Shown: positions 9,508 through 19,044, numbered from the stretch's first letter. The stretch: 41,803 nt of DNA from Ferruginibacter sp. (GCA_043783135.1 JAYVZR010000052.1:1-41803); one strand, 5' to 3'. Program-made: numbers and translations. Notes: generated from the sequence alone by a model not told the origin.

Positions 9508-10056
9508 ATGTCATCAGCAATAAAAATATTACCGCATTACACTTACGAAGAGTATTGCCAGTGGGAAGGGCGTTGGGAACTTATTGAAGGCATTCCATAT
9601 GCCATGAGCCCTGCACCTGCACCAAGGCATCAATGGGTAAGTTCAAATATAAAGGCTGAATTACGAAATGCCATAAAAAAATCCGGCTGTAAAAATTGTA
9701 AAGTATACGACTTCATTGATATTAAAGTTGCTGAAGATACCGTACTTCAGCCAGATGCAGTAGTGGTATGTAAAGAAATAAGCAAACCCTTTCTTGATTT
9801 TCCGGCTGCGTTGGTGGTGGAAATCCTCTCACCATCTACAGCAATGAAAGACCGGAACAATAAATTTTATATTTACCAGTCGCAGCAAATCCCTTACTAC
9901 ATTATTATTGATGTTGATAAAAATGAAATAGAAATTTATCACCTCGATAAAGACGGTAAATACCAGTTAGAAAAAATGGAACCTTCCAAAGAGTATACAT
10001 TTAACTTGGAAACTAACTGTACTGCTACTGTATTGCTTAGTGATATCTGGGAATAA
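9508..10056 (+). CDS. Uma2 (DUF820) family putative endonuclease
   Basis: WELIEG...AMSPAP..RHQ, QPD, LVVEILSPST...D...K...Y motifs; ATG at 9508 (GTG at 9505 also possible). Confidence 0.88.
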   Translation: MSSAIKILPHYTYEEYCQWEGRWELIEGIPYAMSPAPAPRHQWVSSNIKAELRNAIKKSGCKNCKVYDFIDIKVAEDTVLQPDAVVVCKEISKPFLDFPAALVVEILSPSTAMKDRNNKFYIYQSQQIPYYIIIDVDKNEIEIYHLDKDGKYQLEKMEPSKEYTFNLETNCTATVLLSDIWE

Positions 10057-10129
10057 TACCACTTCCTTCCTGCATAAATTTAATTAGCTTTTAACTTTTA
10101 TTGCTGCAGTAATTTTTTATTTTCACCAA

Positions 10130-11170
10130 ATGATAAAACTTATTGTTGCGCTGCTATTGCCCTGCAGTTGTTTTTCGCAAACAAATTACAATTATAAAAA
10201 CCTGGTATTGGAAGGCGGCGGCATTCGTGGGCTTGCCTATGCGGGTGCTTTTAGTGTATTGGAGCAACAGCATATTTTATTTCAGATAGAAAAAGTTGCC
10301 GGCACCTCGTCGGGGGCCATTGCAGGTGTTATGATAAGTGTAGGATATAGTGCAAATGAAATTGATAGTATTATGCGCTCCTTACCAGTAGAAGAATTTA
10401 ATGATGGCAAAGGCGGCATATTTGGAAAATATCGTCGTGTAAAAAATAGTTACGGATTATATAAAGGAGAAAAAATTACGCGTTGGATTCAACAGGTAAT
10501 AAAGTACAAAACAGGTAACGATAATTTTTCCTTTGCCCAACTACACCGGCTTCACCTGCAAAATAATTTATACAAAGATTTCTATTGTACTGCTACCAAT
10601 TTAACCAAACAGCAATTGGAAATTTTTTCTTTTGATAATACGCCCGATATGCCGCTTGCTTTAGCAGTACGGATCAGCGGGGGTATCCCTCTATTTTTTG
10701 AACCCACTATTCTGAACAATGAGTATCATAAAATTGAAAAAACAGATACTCTTTCTTTTAAAAATTATTATGTAGATGGTGGTATGATTGCCAATTATCC
10801 CATCAGCATTTTTGATACCTGCGAAAATGGGGGCAACCCTTTTCAATGTGACAAAATATGGTTTAACACACAAACCCTTGGAATTAAACTGGAGCGCCCG
10901 GCACAGATTGATTCACTTAAAAATAACAGCAACCATGTTCCTCCCTTCCTGATAAACTCGTTTAAAGAATATATGCATGCATTTAATACCCTTGTTTTAG
11001 AAACACTCAACCAAAGATACCCCAACCGCGAAGATGAAAAAGGCCGTACTATTTATATCAGTTATGGCACGGTACCTGCCACGGTTCGCAAAATGACACC
11101 TGCCGAAAAGGAAATGCTTTTCACTAATGGGGTTGCTGGTGTAACTGATTTTTTACAATTGCATCATTAA
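10130..11170 (+). CDS. Patatin-like phospholipase with signal peptide
   Basis: LVLEGGGIRG oxyanion motif, GTSSG nucleophile elbow, YVDGG...NYP catalytic Asp motif. Confidence 0.88.
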   Translation: MIKLIVALLLPCSCFSQTNYNYKNLVLEGGGIRGLAYAGAFSVLEQQHILFQIEKVAGTSSGAIAGVMISVGYSANEIDSIMRSLPVEEFNDGKGGIFGKYRRVKNSYGLYKGEKITRWIQQVIKYKTGNDNFSFAQLHRLHLQNNLYKDFYCTATNLTKQQLEIFSFDNTPDMPLALAVRISGGIPLFFEPTILNNEYHKIEKTDTLSFKNYYVDGGMIANYPISIFDTCENGGNPFQCDKIWFNTQTLGIKLERPAQIDSLKNNSNHVPPFLINSFKEYMHAFNTLVLETLNQRYPNREDEKGRTIYISYGTVPATVRKMTPAEKEMLFTNGVAGVTDFLQLHH

Positions 11171-11225
11171 ATATCTAAACAAACTATTGGCCCGTAAGCA
11201 AGTTAATTTTTTAGCGCAATAATTA

Positions 11226-12221
11226 TTAAATATCTTTCTTACTCTTATAAATTTTTTCACGAAGAATATTAAAAAACATGCTTCTTTCTTTTTCTCCAAT
11301 CACGCTGATATGGGAAGATTTTCTGATAATATTCTGTAAACTTTTAAAAGTATAATCGCAAAAGCTTGTATCTTCTGTACCCATAAAATTGAGCCCGTTA
11401 TGGTTCAAAACTGTAATCTGTCTGTCGCCGCCTTTTACATAAGTCATATTATCGCCAATCAGGCATTCGTTAATGTATACATCAAAAGAAGCACTACCAG
11501 CAGTAACCGGTTGATTATATAAAAATTTTTTTCCAGCTTCTACCTGTAGCTCTATATGGTTTAGCAATTCTTCCAATTGTAAATATATTTTCGCTATTAC
11601 CTGCTTATTTGTAAAAACATTCGACTGCCGGTAAAATTCAATTTGTGAGATGGTAATATTGACGTTTTCCAAACACCATATTTCAGTAGATGGAACTTTT
11701 ATATAGTTTTCAATAATTTTTTTGGCTGATTCCACAATGTCTTTACCATGCTCTTCTCCATTAAACTGCTGCTTTGCCAATTCAGGGTAACCCAGAAGCG
11801 TTCTTTTCCAGAAGAAAAATTTAAAGTCCCGCAATTCAGGAAATTGCATGAAATGAAAGAGGGGTATATCCTTGTTATGAAAATACACATGAGGTTGCTC
11901 CAACATTTTAAATAAGTCCAGTTGAGCGCATAAATCCTTCAGGTATTGATTAAATCCAAAGGAAATATTATCTACCCTGTTACCAGAAAAAATAACGGTA
12001 TTAGACTGTATCTGTAGTAACTGGTCAAGTGAAACCTGGTATTTGTTACACAGCAACTGTACTTCATCCAGCCCGATAGGTTTCTCTCCTCTAATCCGCC
12101 GGTAGGCACTGTCATTACTGATATTGAGCAGTTCGGCCACTTCATCTACAAAAGATAAATGCTGGGGTAGTTTTGATTTGATGTGGTTAAAAAATAATTG
12201 CTGGGTTTGATTGGAGTCCAT
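11226..12221 (-). CDS. HTH transcriptional regulator (BetR-like N-terminal domain) with an uncharacterised C-terminal domain
   Basis: N-terminal VDEVAELLNISNDSAYRRIRGEKPIGLDEV..LC....VSLD HTH; divergent from the outer-membrane protein gene. Confidence 0.75.
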   Translation of the reverse strand: MDSNQTQQLFFNHIKSKLPQHLSFVDEVAELLNISNDSAYRRIRGEKPIGLDEVQLLCNKYQVSLDQLLQIQSNTVIFSGNRVDNISFGFNQYLKDLCAQLDLFKMLEQPHVYFHNKDIPLFHFMQFPELRDFKFFFWKRTLLGYPELAKQQFNGEEHGKDIVESAKKIIENYIKVPSTEIWCLENVNITISQIEFYRQSNVFTNKQVIAKIYLQLEELLNHIELQVEAGKKFLYNQPVTAGSASFDVYINECLIGDNMTYVKGGDRQITVLNHNGLNFMGTEDTSFCDYTFKSLQNIIRKSSHISVIGEKERSMFFNILREKIYKSKKDI

Positions 12222-12320
12222 AACAGTTTTATTAAAGATATATTAGGAATATATGCGTGCAACGCGACTATTATTGTCAAAAAACACTAATCAAGCAAAT
12301 AACATTTTAAATATAGTAAA

Positions 12321-12340
12321 ATTTGCGATGATCTGCAAAT
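12321..12340. promoter_or_regulatory. Candidate operator, imperfect palindrome ATTTGCGATGATCTGCAAAT
   Basis: 6-bp perfect arms (ATTTGC/GCAAAT) in the divergent region between the regulator and the porin gene. Confidence 0.4.
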
Positions 12341-12470
12341 ATGCGGCGACAGAAAACTATTTTTTATTACAAGTGCTGATACAGGATGATTTTGCCGTTT
12401 TGAAAGCCTTATCCGCAAAAGTAGTTTTACATCGCAACCATTATTAATTAACTAATAAAAATTTAACAAA

Positions 12471-13106
12471 ATGAAAAAGCTGATTTTTTTACTCACAATA
12501 ATAACAACACTAAACGCACATGCGCAAAAAACACAGTTTGGTCTTACTGGCGGCGCCACTTTTGCCAACTACAAGTCAAATTATGATGGCACCGACCAGA
12601 GCGGAAATTCAAAAATGGGTTTTACCATTGGGGCAATTGCCAATATTGCCGCAGGTAAAAGTTTTGTAATTCAGCCAGCAATAAACTGGGTGCAAAAAGG
12701 TACAACAGACGAACAAACTGTTGATGGTACTAAAATAAGTTCTTCAGTTACCACCAACAACATTGAAATGCCGGTAAATTTTATGTACAGCCACAACGGT
12801 TTTTTTATTGGTGCCGGGCCGTCTTTTACGTTTTCGGTTTCAGGAAAAATAAAAGCAGAAACAGGTGGCCAAAAACAAGAGGAGACTATACATTTTGGCA
12901 ATAGTGACCAAGATGTTATGAAATCATTTGACTTTGGCGCTAATGCAGTAACAGGCTACCAGTTTAAGGGAGGGTTTTTAATTGCTGCAAATTATAACAT
13001 AGGGTTCAGCAATCTTGCCCCGACAAATGACTCCAATAAAGGCTCACTTAAGAGCAGTTATTTTGGTATCAAACTAGGATACTTGTTAGGTGGTAAAGGC
13101 AAATAA
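12471..13106 (+). CDS. Outer membrane beta-barrel (porin family, OMP_b-brl_2-like) protein
   Basis: Signal peptide; G...G.., QP....QKG, IE.P, GAGP and DFG....GY motifs; alternating C-terminal beta-strand. Confidence 0.82.
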   Translation: MKKLIFLLTIITTLNAHAQKTQFGLTGGATFANYKSNYDGTDQSGNSKMGFTIGAIANIAAGKSFVIQPAINWVQKGTTDEQTVDGTKISSSVTTNNIEMPVNFMYSHNGFFIGAGPSFTFSVSGKIKAETGGQKQEETIHFGNSDQDVMKSFDFGANAVTGYQFKGGFLIAANYNIGFSNLAPTNDSNKGSLKSSYFGIKLGYLLGGKGK

Positions 13107-13132
13107 TAATATTATCTCATAAACTAACAATC

Positions 13133-13666
13133 GTGAAAAAATTATTCCCCATTTTATTTTTATTTGCTGGGTTTGCAACTATAGCACAGGAAGATACTAT
13201 CACCTTGGCGAAAAAAAAGAAACCCAGTGTTGCCACTATTATTACTATGGATGAAAAAAAAGTATATGGCTGGTTTTACAAGATGGATAGCGACAATGTG
13301 TATTTATTAAATGCCGGAATTAAAAAACCGCAATCAACGGAAATAAAAAGTATTGAATCATACGAAGCAAGCATTCGTATTAATGCATTGCAAATAAACA
13401 AAATAACTTTCAGCAAAAAGCATCAAGGATTAAAGGGGGCATTGATTGGTTTGGGAACAGGTGCAGCTATTGGCGCTATTGCAGGCTATGCCCCAGGTGA
13501 TGATCCTCCAGGCCGGTTTTCTTTTACTGCGGAAGAAAAAGCTGAAGTTTTGGCGGTATTTGGCGGTTTGACTGGCGCTTTGGTGGGTGCATTAATCGGA
13601 GCATTAATCGGAGCATTGGCGAAGAAACATTTATCATTGGTGGAAAAAAAGATGCGCCTTATTTGA
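13133..13666 (+). CDS. Secreted/membrane hypothetical protein with glycine-zipper region; C-terminus possibly frameshifted
   Basis: Signal peptide; GALIGLGTGAAIGAIAG and GALVGALIGALIG repeats; an alternative frame reads TFIIGGKKD...* to 13698. Confidence 0.65.
   Translation: MKKLFPILFLFAGFATIAQEDTITLAKKKKPSVATIITMDEKKVYGWFYKMDSDNVYLLNAGIKKPQSTEIKSIESYEASIRINALQINKITFSKKHQGLKGALIGLGTGAAIGAIAGYAPGDDPPGRFSFTAEEKAEVLAVFGGLTGALVGALIGALIGALAKKHLSLVEKKMRLI
13589..13617 (+). repeat. 12-bp tandem duplication (GCATTAATCGGA x2, plus GCATT)
   Basis: Read directly from the sequence; encodes ALIG-ALIG. Confidence 0.8.
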
Positions 13667-13752
13667 AAAGGTTATCTGAGCCTGAAAATATTTGTTAACC
13701 AGCTGATGCAAATACATTCAGGCAACAATAATATTTCCCTATGTTACTGCAA

Positions 13753-13788
13753 AGCTTTGGCTGAACTGCTTACAGTTCAGCCAAAGCT
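13753..13788. terminator. Perfect 16-bp hairpin, probable terminator upstream of lysS
   Basis: AGCTTTGGCTGAACTG-ctta-CAGTTCAGCCAAAGCT; no strong poly-U on the + strand. Confidence 0.55.
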
Positions 13789-13843
13789 CAATTATTGAAA
13801 AATCGGCTCCATACGGTATCTTCGCAAAAATTTTTAATACCGC

Positions 13844-15388
13844 ATGAGCACACAACATTTATCGGAACAGGAAATCATCAGAAGAGAGAAACTGGCAGAG
13901 TTAAAAAAACTGGGTATTGATGCCTACCCTGCTGCATTGTACCCGGTTAATACCACATCTGTTTTTATTAAAGAAAATTATAAAGGCGAACCCTTCGACT
14001 ATGCTCAGGATATTAAAAATTTGTTTGCAGATGTATGCATTGCGGGCAGAATAATGAGTGTACGTGATATGGGCAAGGCCAATTTTGCTGTGTTGCAGGA
14101 TGCCGTAGGTAAAATTCAATTATACATAAAGCAGGATGATATTTGCCCCGGCGAAGATAAAAGTATGTTTCAATTGGTATGGAAAAAACTGATGGATATT
14201 GGTGATATCATCGGTATCAAGGGTTATGTGTTTACTACCAAAACAGGCGAAACTTCCATACATGTAAAAGAGTTTACCATACTCACCAAATCTTTACGAC
14301 CGCTGCCCATTGTAAAAGAAAAAGATGGCGAAGCATTTGATGAAGTAACCGATCCTGAGTTCCGCTACAGGCAGCGTTATGCAGACCTGATAGTGAATCC
14401 CGGTGTAAAGGAAACATTTATCAAGCGTACAAAAATGATGAATGCCATTCGTGAATTTTTAAACGAACGCGGTGCGTTGGAAGTTGATACTCCCGTACTG
14501 CAAAGTATTCCCGGAGGTGCTGCTGCAAGGCCTTTCACTACACACCATAATGCACTTGATGTGTCGATGTATATGCGCATTGCCAATGAACTTTATTTAA
14601 AGAGACTGATAGTAGGGGGCTTTGAGTGGGTGTATGAATTTAGCAGGAACTTCCGAAACGAAGGCATGGACAGAACCCATAACCCTGAGTTTACTGTGTT
14701 GGAATTTTATGTGGCCTACAAAGATTATGAATGGATGATGGAAACCACTGAACAGTTGCTGGAGAAAGCCGCAATGGCAACCAATGGCCGTTCTAAAGTA
14801 CTTGCAGGCGAAAAAGAAATTGATTTTAAAGCTCCTTATAAAAAGATCCCTATGTATGATTCTATCAAAGAATTAACAGGTTTTGACATTAGTGAAATGG
14901 ATGAAGAAGGTATAAGAAATGTATGCAAACAGTTAGGCATACACGCAGATGCCAAATGGGGCAAGGGTAAACTGATTGATGAAATATTTGGAACTAAATG
15001 TGAAGGCAGTTATATACAACCCACTTTTATTACAGACTACCCGGTTGAGATGAGCCCGCTTACAAAAAAGCACCGCAGCAAACCGGGGTTGGTAGAACGT
15101 TTTGAACTGATGTGCAATGGCAAGGAAATTGCCAATGCGTACAGTGAATTAAACGATCCGTTGGAACAGCGGGAAAGATTTGAAGAACAGGCAAAACTAA
15201 TGGAGCGTGGTGATGATGAAGCAATGTTTATTGACCATGATTTTTTACGTGCGCTGGAATATGGTATGCCGCCAACAAGTGGTATCGGCCTTGGCATTGA
15301 CAGGATAGCCATGTTATTGACTAACCAGCATTCTATACAGGATGTTTTATTTTTTCCAATGATGCGGCCGGAGAAAATCAGCTTATAA
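13844..15388 (+). CDS. lysS: Lysine--tRNA ligase (class II)
   Basis: [60 protein letters not shown] and YGMPPT.G.GLGIDR motifs. Confidence 0.98.
   Translation: MSTQHLSEQEIIRREKLAELKKLGIDAYPAALYPVNTTSVFIKENYKGEPFDYAQDIKNLFADVCIAGRIMSVRDMGKANFAVLQDAVGKIQLYIKQDDICPGEDKSMFQLVWKKLMDIGDIIGIKGYVFTTKTGETSIHVKEFTILTKSLRPLPIVKEKDGEAFDEVTDPEFRYRQRYADLIVNPGVKETFIKRTKMMNAIREFLNERGALEVDTPVLQSIPGGAAARPFTTHHNALDVSMYMRIANELYLKRLIVGGFEWVYEFSRNFRNEGMDRTHNPEFTVLEFYVAYKDYEWMMETTEQLLEKAAMATNGRSKVLAGEKEIDFKAPYKKIPMYDSIKELTGFDISEMDEEGIRNVCKQLGIHADAKWGKGKLIDEIFGTKCEGSYIQPTFITDYPVEMSPLTKKHRSKPGLVERFELMCNGKEIANAYSELNDPLEQRERFEEQAKLMERGDDEAMFIDHDFLRALEYGMPPTSGIGLGIDRIAMLLTNQHSIQDVLFFPMMRPEKISL
13991..14011 (+). repeat. 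REP-like repeat fragment CCCTTCGACTATGCTCAGGAT in frame within lysS (encodes PFDYAQD)
   Basis: Resembles the widespread CTTCGACTnCGCTCAG..TGAC-type palindromic repeat half-unit; lies in a variable loop. Confidence 0.55.
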
Positions 15389-15416
15389 TTGTATCTTTAA
15401 AATGAAATTTAATTGT

Positions 15417-15653
15417 ATGAGCACTGTTGCTTCTTTACGAAAAGACGTAAGTAAATATATTGAAACAGCCGATGAACGGGTTGTTAAAATGGTCCATGCA
15501 ATGCTTGAAGCTGATAAGCAATCTGATTTTTGGGATGAACTTCCTGCGGTGGTAAAAGCAGATGTAAAAATAGCACTTAAACAATCGGGGCAGGGGAAGG
15601 GTAAGCCACATAAAGAAGTAATGAAAAAGTATAGCAAATGGCTTACGAAATAA
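15417..15653 (+). CDS. Putative antitoxin (addiction module component)
   Basis: 78 aa from MSTVASLRK; DFWDELP....I...L.Q...G...PH.EVM pattern; overlaps the downstream RelE/ParE-like gene. Confidence 0.7.
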   Translation: MSTVASLRKDVSKYIETADERVVKMVHAMLEADKQSDFWDELPAVVKADVKIALKQSGQGKGKPHKEVMKKYSKWLTK

Positions 15654-15985
15654 TCTGGCTTCCCAAAGCAGAAGAACGCTTTAGTACAATTATATATTAC
15701 CTGGAACAGCACTAGACTGAAAAAATTGTCGCTGATTTCATTCGTAAAACCAATCAAAAGTTGTTTGAGATTCAACAAAGACCGAAGATGTGTAGAAGGT
15801 CTGCGAAAATGGGTATTTACGAGGTTTTAATAACAAAACATAATTTGCTTCTTTACAGAATAAAAGGGACCAAAATAGAACTGCTCACTTTTTTTGACAC
15901 AAGACAAGATCCCAAAAAAGAAATACAATTTGTAATTGGTAACTTAACTTTTCATGCTGCTTACCTACCAGCATTCTGTCGATGA
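15638..15985 (+). pseudogene. RelE/ParE family toxin interrupted by an in-frame TAG at 15713-15715
   Basis: MAYEIIWLPKAEERFSTIIYYLEQH*TEKIVADF...P.M...TKHNLLLYRI....IELLTFFDTRQDPKK, all in one frame. Removing one A from the A-run at 15914-15919 would give the ending PKKKYNL* at 15935. Confidence 0.8.
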
Positions 15986-16052
15986 TGTTTTATTTTTTCC
16001 ACTGATGCGGCCATAAAATTTTGAATAATATTGTCAGGTAAAATATTTCTAA

Positions 16053-16622
16053 ATGAAAAGGATCTTTCTGCTACAGATTTTTTTAATTTTTGCAATATCT
16101 CTTTCTGCACAAAAAAAGGAAATATGCATAATTAAAACAGCGTTGGGGGATATAACCATTGAATTATATCCCGCAAAAGCACCAATAACTGTTGTCATTT
16201 TACAATATGTAGATGCCCATTTGTACGATAATACCTCTTTCTTTCGTGCCGTTACATTAAATAACCAGCCAAAAGATTCCATTAAAATTGAAGTAATACA
16301 GGGCGGTGAAATAGATTCTGCAAAAGAGTTTTCCGCTATCCCACTTGAAATAACAACGCTAACAGATTTATTGCATAAAGACGGTACTATTTCAATGGCA
16401 AGAGCCAAACCTGCCACAGCTACATCCAGCTTTTTTATTTGTATCAACGATCAGCCTTCTTTAGATTTTGGCGGTAAACGAAATCCTGATTGGCAGGGTT
16501 TTTCAGCTTTCGGAAAAGTTATAACAGGAATGGATACAGTAAAAAAAATTCAAATGCTTTATCCAAAGCAGGGACAGTATTTTAAACCTGAAGTAACAAT
16601 TATATCTATTAGCAGAAAATAA
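16053..16622 (+). CDS. Cyclophilin-type peptidyl-prolyl isomerase, secreted
   Basis: T.LGDI.IELYP.KAPIT, FFRAV, IQGG, H.DGTISMAR, SSFFIC, LDFGG and AFGKV..GMD motifs. Confidence 0.85.
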   Translation: MKRIFLLQIFLIFAISLSAQKKEICIIKTALGDITIELYPAKAPITVVILQYVDAHLYDNTSFFRAVTLNNQPKDSIKIEVIQGGEIDSAKEFSAIPLEITTLTDLLHKDGTISMARAKPATATSSFFICINDQPSLDFGGKRNPDWQGFSAFGKVITGMDTVKKIQMLYPKQGQYFKPEVTIISISRK

Positions 16623-16747
16623 TTGTATTGGACTTCCTTTTTAAAACTTTGTTTTTATAATAGCAATTACCCACCCATCAATCTATCTTTTGCATTTCTT
16701 GTAAAAAAACTATCTTGTCTTTTTAATTATAAATAAATTATATATAC

Positions 16748-18889
16748 ATGATGTCTTATGTAAAAAACTTGTTTGTACTTGCTGCAAGTATAACATTTGC
16801 TTTGGGCGCCCTGGCTCAAAAAAAAGAATTAACGGATGACCAGTATTTCAAATCCGATTTTAAAGGCGTTATTCAACCTTTGCCTGTTGCAGGTAAATGG
16901 ATAGATGATAGCCATGTTATATTAAACAAGGCTGGAAAATCGTATGTGGTGGATTGTAAAACCGGGATAGAGCGTGAAACTACGGAGGCAGAAACAAAAG
17001 CAGAGATACAAAAGGGAATTGCCTATAATAAAAGCGGCAATATTTATATTAAAATAAATGGGGTTGAAACACAACTCACCAGTGATTCTTTTAAAAAAGT
17101 AAATCCAACTATCAGCCCTGATAATAATTATGTAGCTTTTACGAAAAATAACGACCTGTATACCATCAACATCAGCATAAAAAAAGAAACCCGTTTAACT
17201 ACCGATGGCAGTGATGTTATATTAAATGGTTATGCAAGCTGGTTGTATACAGAAGAAATTTTAGGACGGGCGAGCCTTTACCGTACATTTTGGTGGAGCC
17301 CGGATAGTAAGCGTCTTGCTTTTTTTAGAACTGACGATTCACCTGTACCCATTTATACTATTACAGATGGCCCAGGCCAACATGGCTATGTAGAAAAAGA
17401 GCGCTATCCCAAAGCAGGCGATCCTAATCCACAGGTAAAAATTGGTTTTACGTCACCTGACGGTGGTGCTGTTAATTTTGCCGATTTTAACGATACGGAT
17501 GATCAATATTTTGGTGCTCCTTACTGGACACCCGATGGCAGTGCACTATGGGTTCAATGGATGAACCGTGGGCAGGATAATTTAAAAATCTATTCTGTAA
17601 ATCCAGCTACTGGTAGTAAAAAAGAAGTGTACGATGAAAAACAAAAAACATGGATAACACTTGATGATGAAAGAATTCATTTTTTAGATAACAGCAAAAA
17701 TTTTATTATAGAAAGTGATCAAACAGGCTGGAACCAATTGTACCTGTACGACGAAACAGGTAAACAAATAAATGCCATCACCAGCGGAAAATTTACAGTA
17801 CTGAATGTTAATCATGTAGATGAAAAAAAAGGCATTGTTTATTTTACCGCAAGAAGCAGGGAAAACACTGCCCGTATTGATTTTTACAGTATTAGCTTTA
17901 ATGGCAAAAATTTACAACGCCTCACCTTTGGCAACTATAATAATACCAATATAAATCTTTCACCAGATGGTGGAAATTTTATAACCACCTATTCTAACAT
18001 GGCTACTCCGCCTGTAATGACATTGGTAAATAATAAAGGTAAAATCATAAAAGAATTGGGCAATTCAAAAGGCGATCAATTTGCTGATTACAATTTAGCC
18101 AAAACAGATTTGCTTCGTGTAAAAAGCGATGATGGTTTATACGATCTGCCGATGAGAGTGCTTTGGCCATTAAACATAGATAAAACAAAAAAATACCCCG
18201 TATTAATTTCCACGTATGGTGGCCCCAATGCCGGTACCTGCTGGGATACCTGGAGCCTTAATGGCAATCAACAATTTTATGCTAAAGAAGGTTTGATACA
18301 GGTAGTGATGGACCATCGTGCCAGCGGGCATTTTGGTAAAGAAGGTGTAAATTTTATGTACCGTAATTTAGGCTATTGGGAAATGAAGGATTATACTACT
18401 ATGGTAAAATGGTTAATTGCTAACGGCAACGCAGACTCTACAAAAATTTGTATCACAGGGTTTAGTTATGGTGGCTATATGACCTGTTATGCGTTAACTT
18501 ATGGCAGCGATGTATTTACACATGGTATGGCGGGTGGCAGTGTAACAGACTGGGGCTATTATGACTCACACTATACAGAACGCTTTATGGATACACCTGC
18601 TGAAAATCCTGAGGGTTATAAATCGAGTTCGGTATTAACCCATGCTGATAAATATAAAGGCGTTCTGCAAATTGTTCATGGTGTTATTGATGATAATGTA
18701 CATATACAAAACAGTATCAACTTTATAAGTAAATTACAGGATGGTAAAAAACAATTTGAGTTTATGGAGTACAGTGGTGGAAGGCACGGCTGGGGTGGCA
18801 ACAAAAGCCTGCACTATCAAAATTTAAAAACATTGTTTATTTATAAATACCTTCTTAATAAACCGGTAAATAAAATGATGCTGAGGTAA
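16748..18889 (+). CDS. S9B family peptidase (dipeptidyl peptidase IV-like)
   Basis: Beta-propeller N-terminus (WWSPD, YPKAG..NP); YGGP, GFSYGG nucleophile, HG..DDNVH.QNS and a C-terminal His. Confidence 0.92.
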   Translation: MMSYVKNLFVLAASITFALGALAQKKELTDDQYFKSDFKGVIQPLPVAGKWIDDSHVILNKAGKSYVVDCKTGIERETTEAETKAEIQKGIAYNKSGNIYIKINGVETQLTSDSFKKVNPTISPDNNYVAFTKNNDLYTINISIKKETRLTTDGSDVILNGYASWLYTEEILGRASLYRTFWWSPDSKRLAFFRTDDSPVPIYTITDGPGQHGYVEKERYPKAGDPNPQVKIGFTSPDGGAVNFADFNDTDDQYFGAPYWTPDGSALWVQWMNRGQDNLKIYSVNPATGSKKEVYDEKQKTWITLDDERIHFLDNSKNFIIESDQTGWNQLYLYDETGKQINAITSGKFTVLNVNHVDEKKGIVYFTARSRENTARIDFYSISFNGKNLQRLTFGNYNNTNINLSPDGGNFITTYSNMATPPVMTLVNNKGKIIKELGNSKGDQFADYNLAKTDLLRVKSDDGLYDLPMRVLWPLNIDKTKKYPVLISTYGGPNAGTCWDTWSLNGNQQFYAKEGLIQVVMDHRASGHFGKEGVNFMYRNLGYWEMKDYTTMVKWLIANGNADSTKICITGFSYGGYMTCYALTYGSDVFTHGMAGGSVTDWGYYDSHYTERFMDTPAENPEGYKSSSVLTHADKYKGVLQIVHGVIDDNVHIQNSINFISKLQDGKKQFEFMEYSGGRHGWGGNKSLHYQNLKTLFIYKYLLNKPVNKMMLR

Positions 18890-18894
18890 AGTTT

Positions 18895-19039
18895 GGTTTC
18901 ACACAAAGAACGCCAAGGATACAAAATTCACAAAGAAAAATAATACCGATTGTGCATTCATAATACAAATGGTATAACAACTGGTAAAACTATATTACTT
19001 TGTTTTCTTTGTTTTTCGTTGTAACCTTTGCGTGAAACC
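18895..19039. repeat. Degenerate inverted-repeat element between convergent genes
   Basis: GGTTTCACACAAAG (18895-18908) pairs with CTTTGCGTGAAACC (19026-19039), 13 of 14 positions; internal CACAAAG/CTTTG sub-repeats. Confidence 0.55.
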
Positions 19040-19044
19040 TATTT

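Noticed and set aside
9508-11170. Uma2 nuclease plus patatin as an anti-phage (CBASS/CapV-like) system
   Set aside because: No cyclase or other defence gene nearby, the patatin has a signal peptide, and both families are common as singletons.
12253-12447. 64-aa ORF between the regulator and the porin
   Set aside because: No recognisable motifs; it covers the expected divergent promoter and operator region.
15713-15715. Amber recoding or pyrrolysine read-through in the toxin
   Set aside because: TAG acts as the terminal stop of other genes in this window, and no pyl genes are visible.
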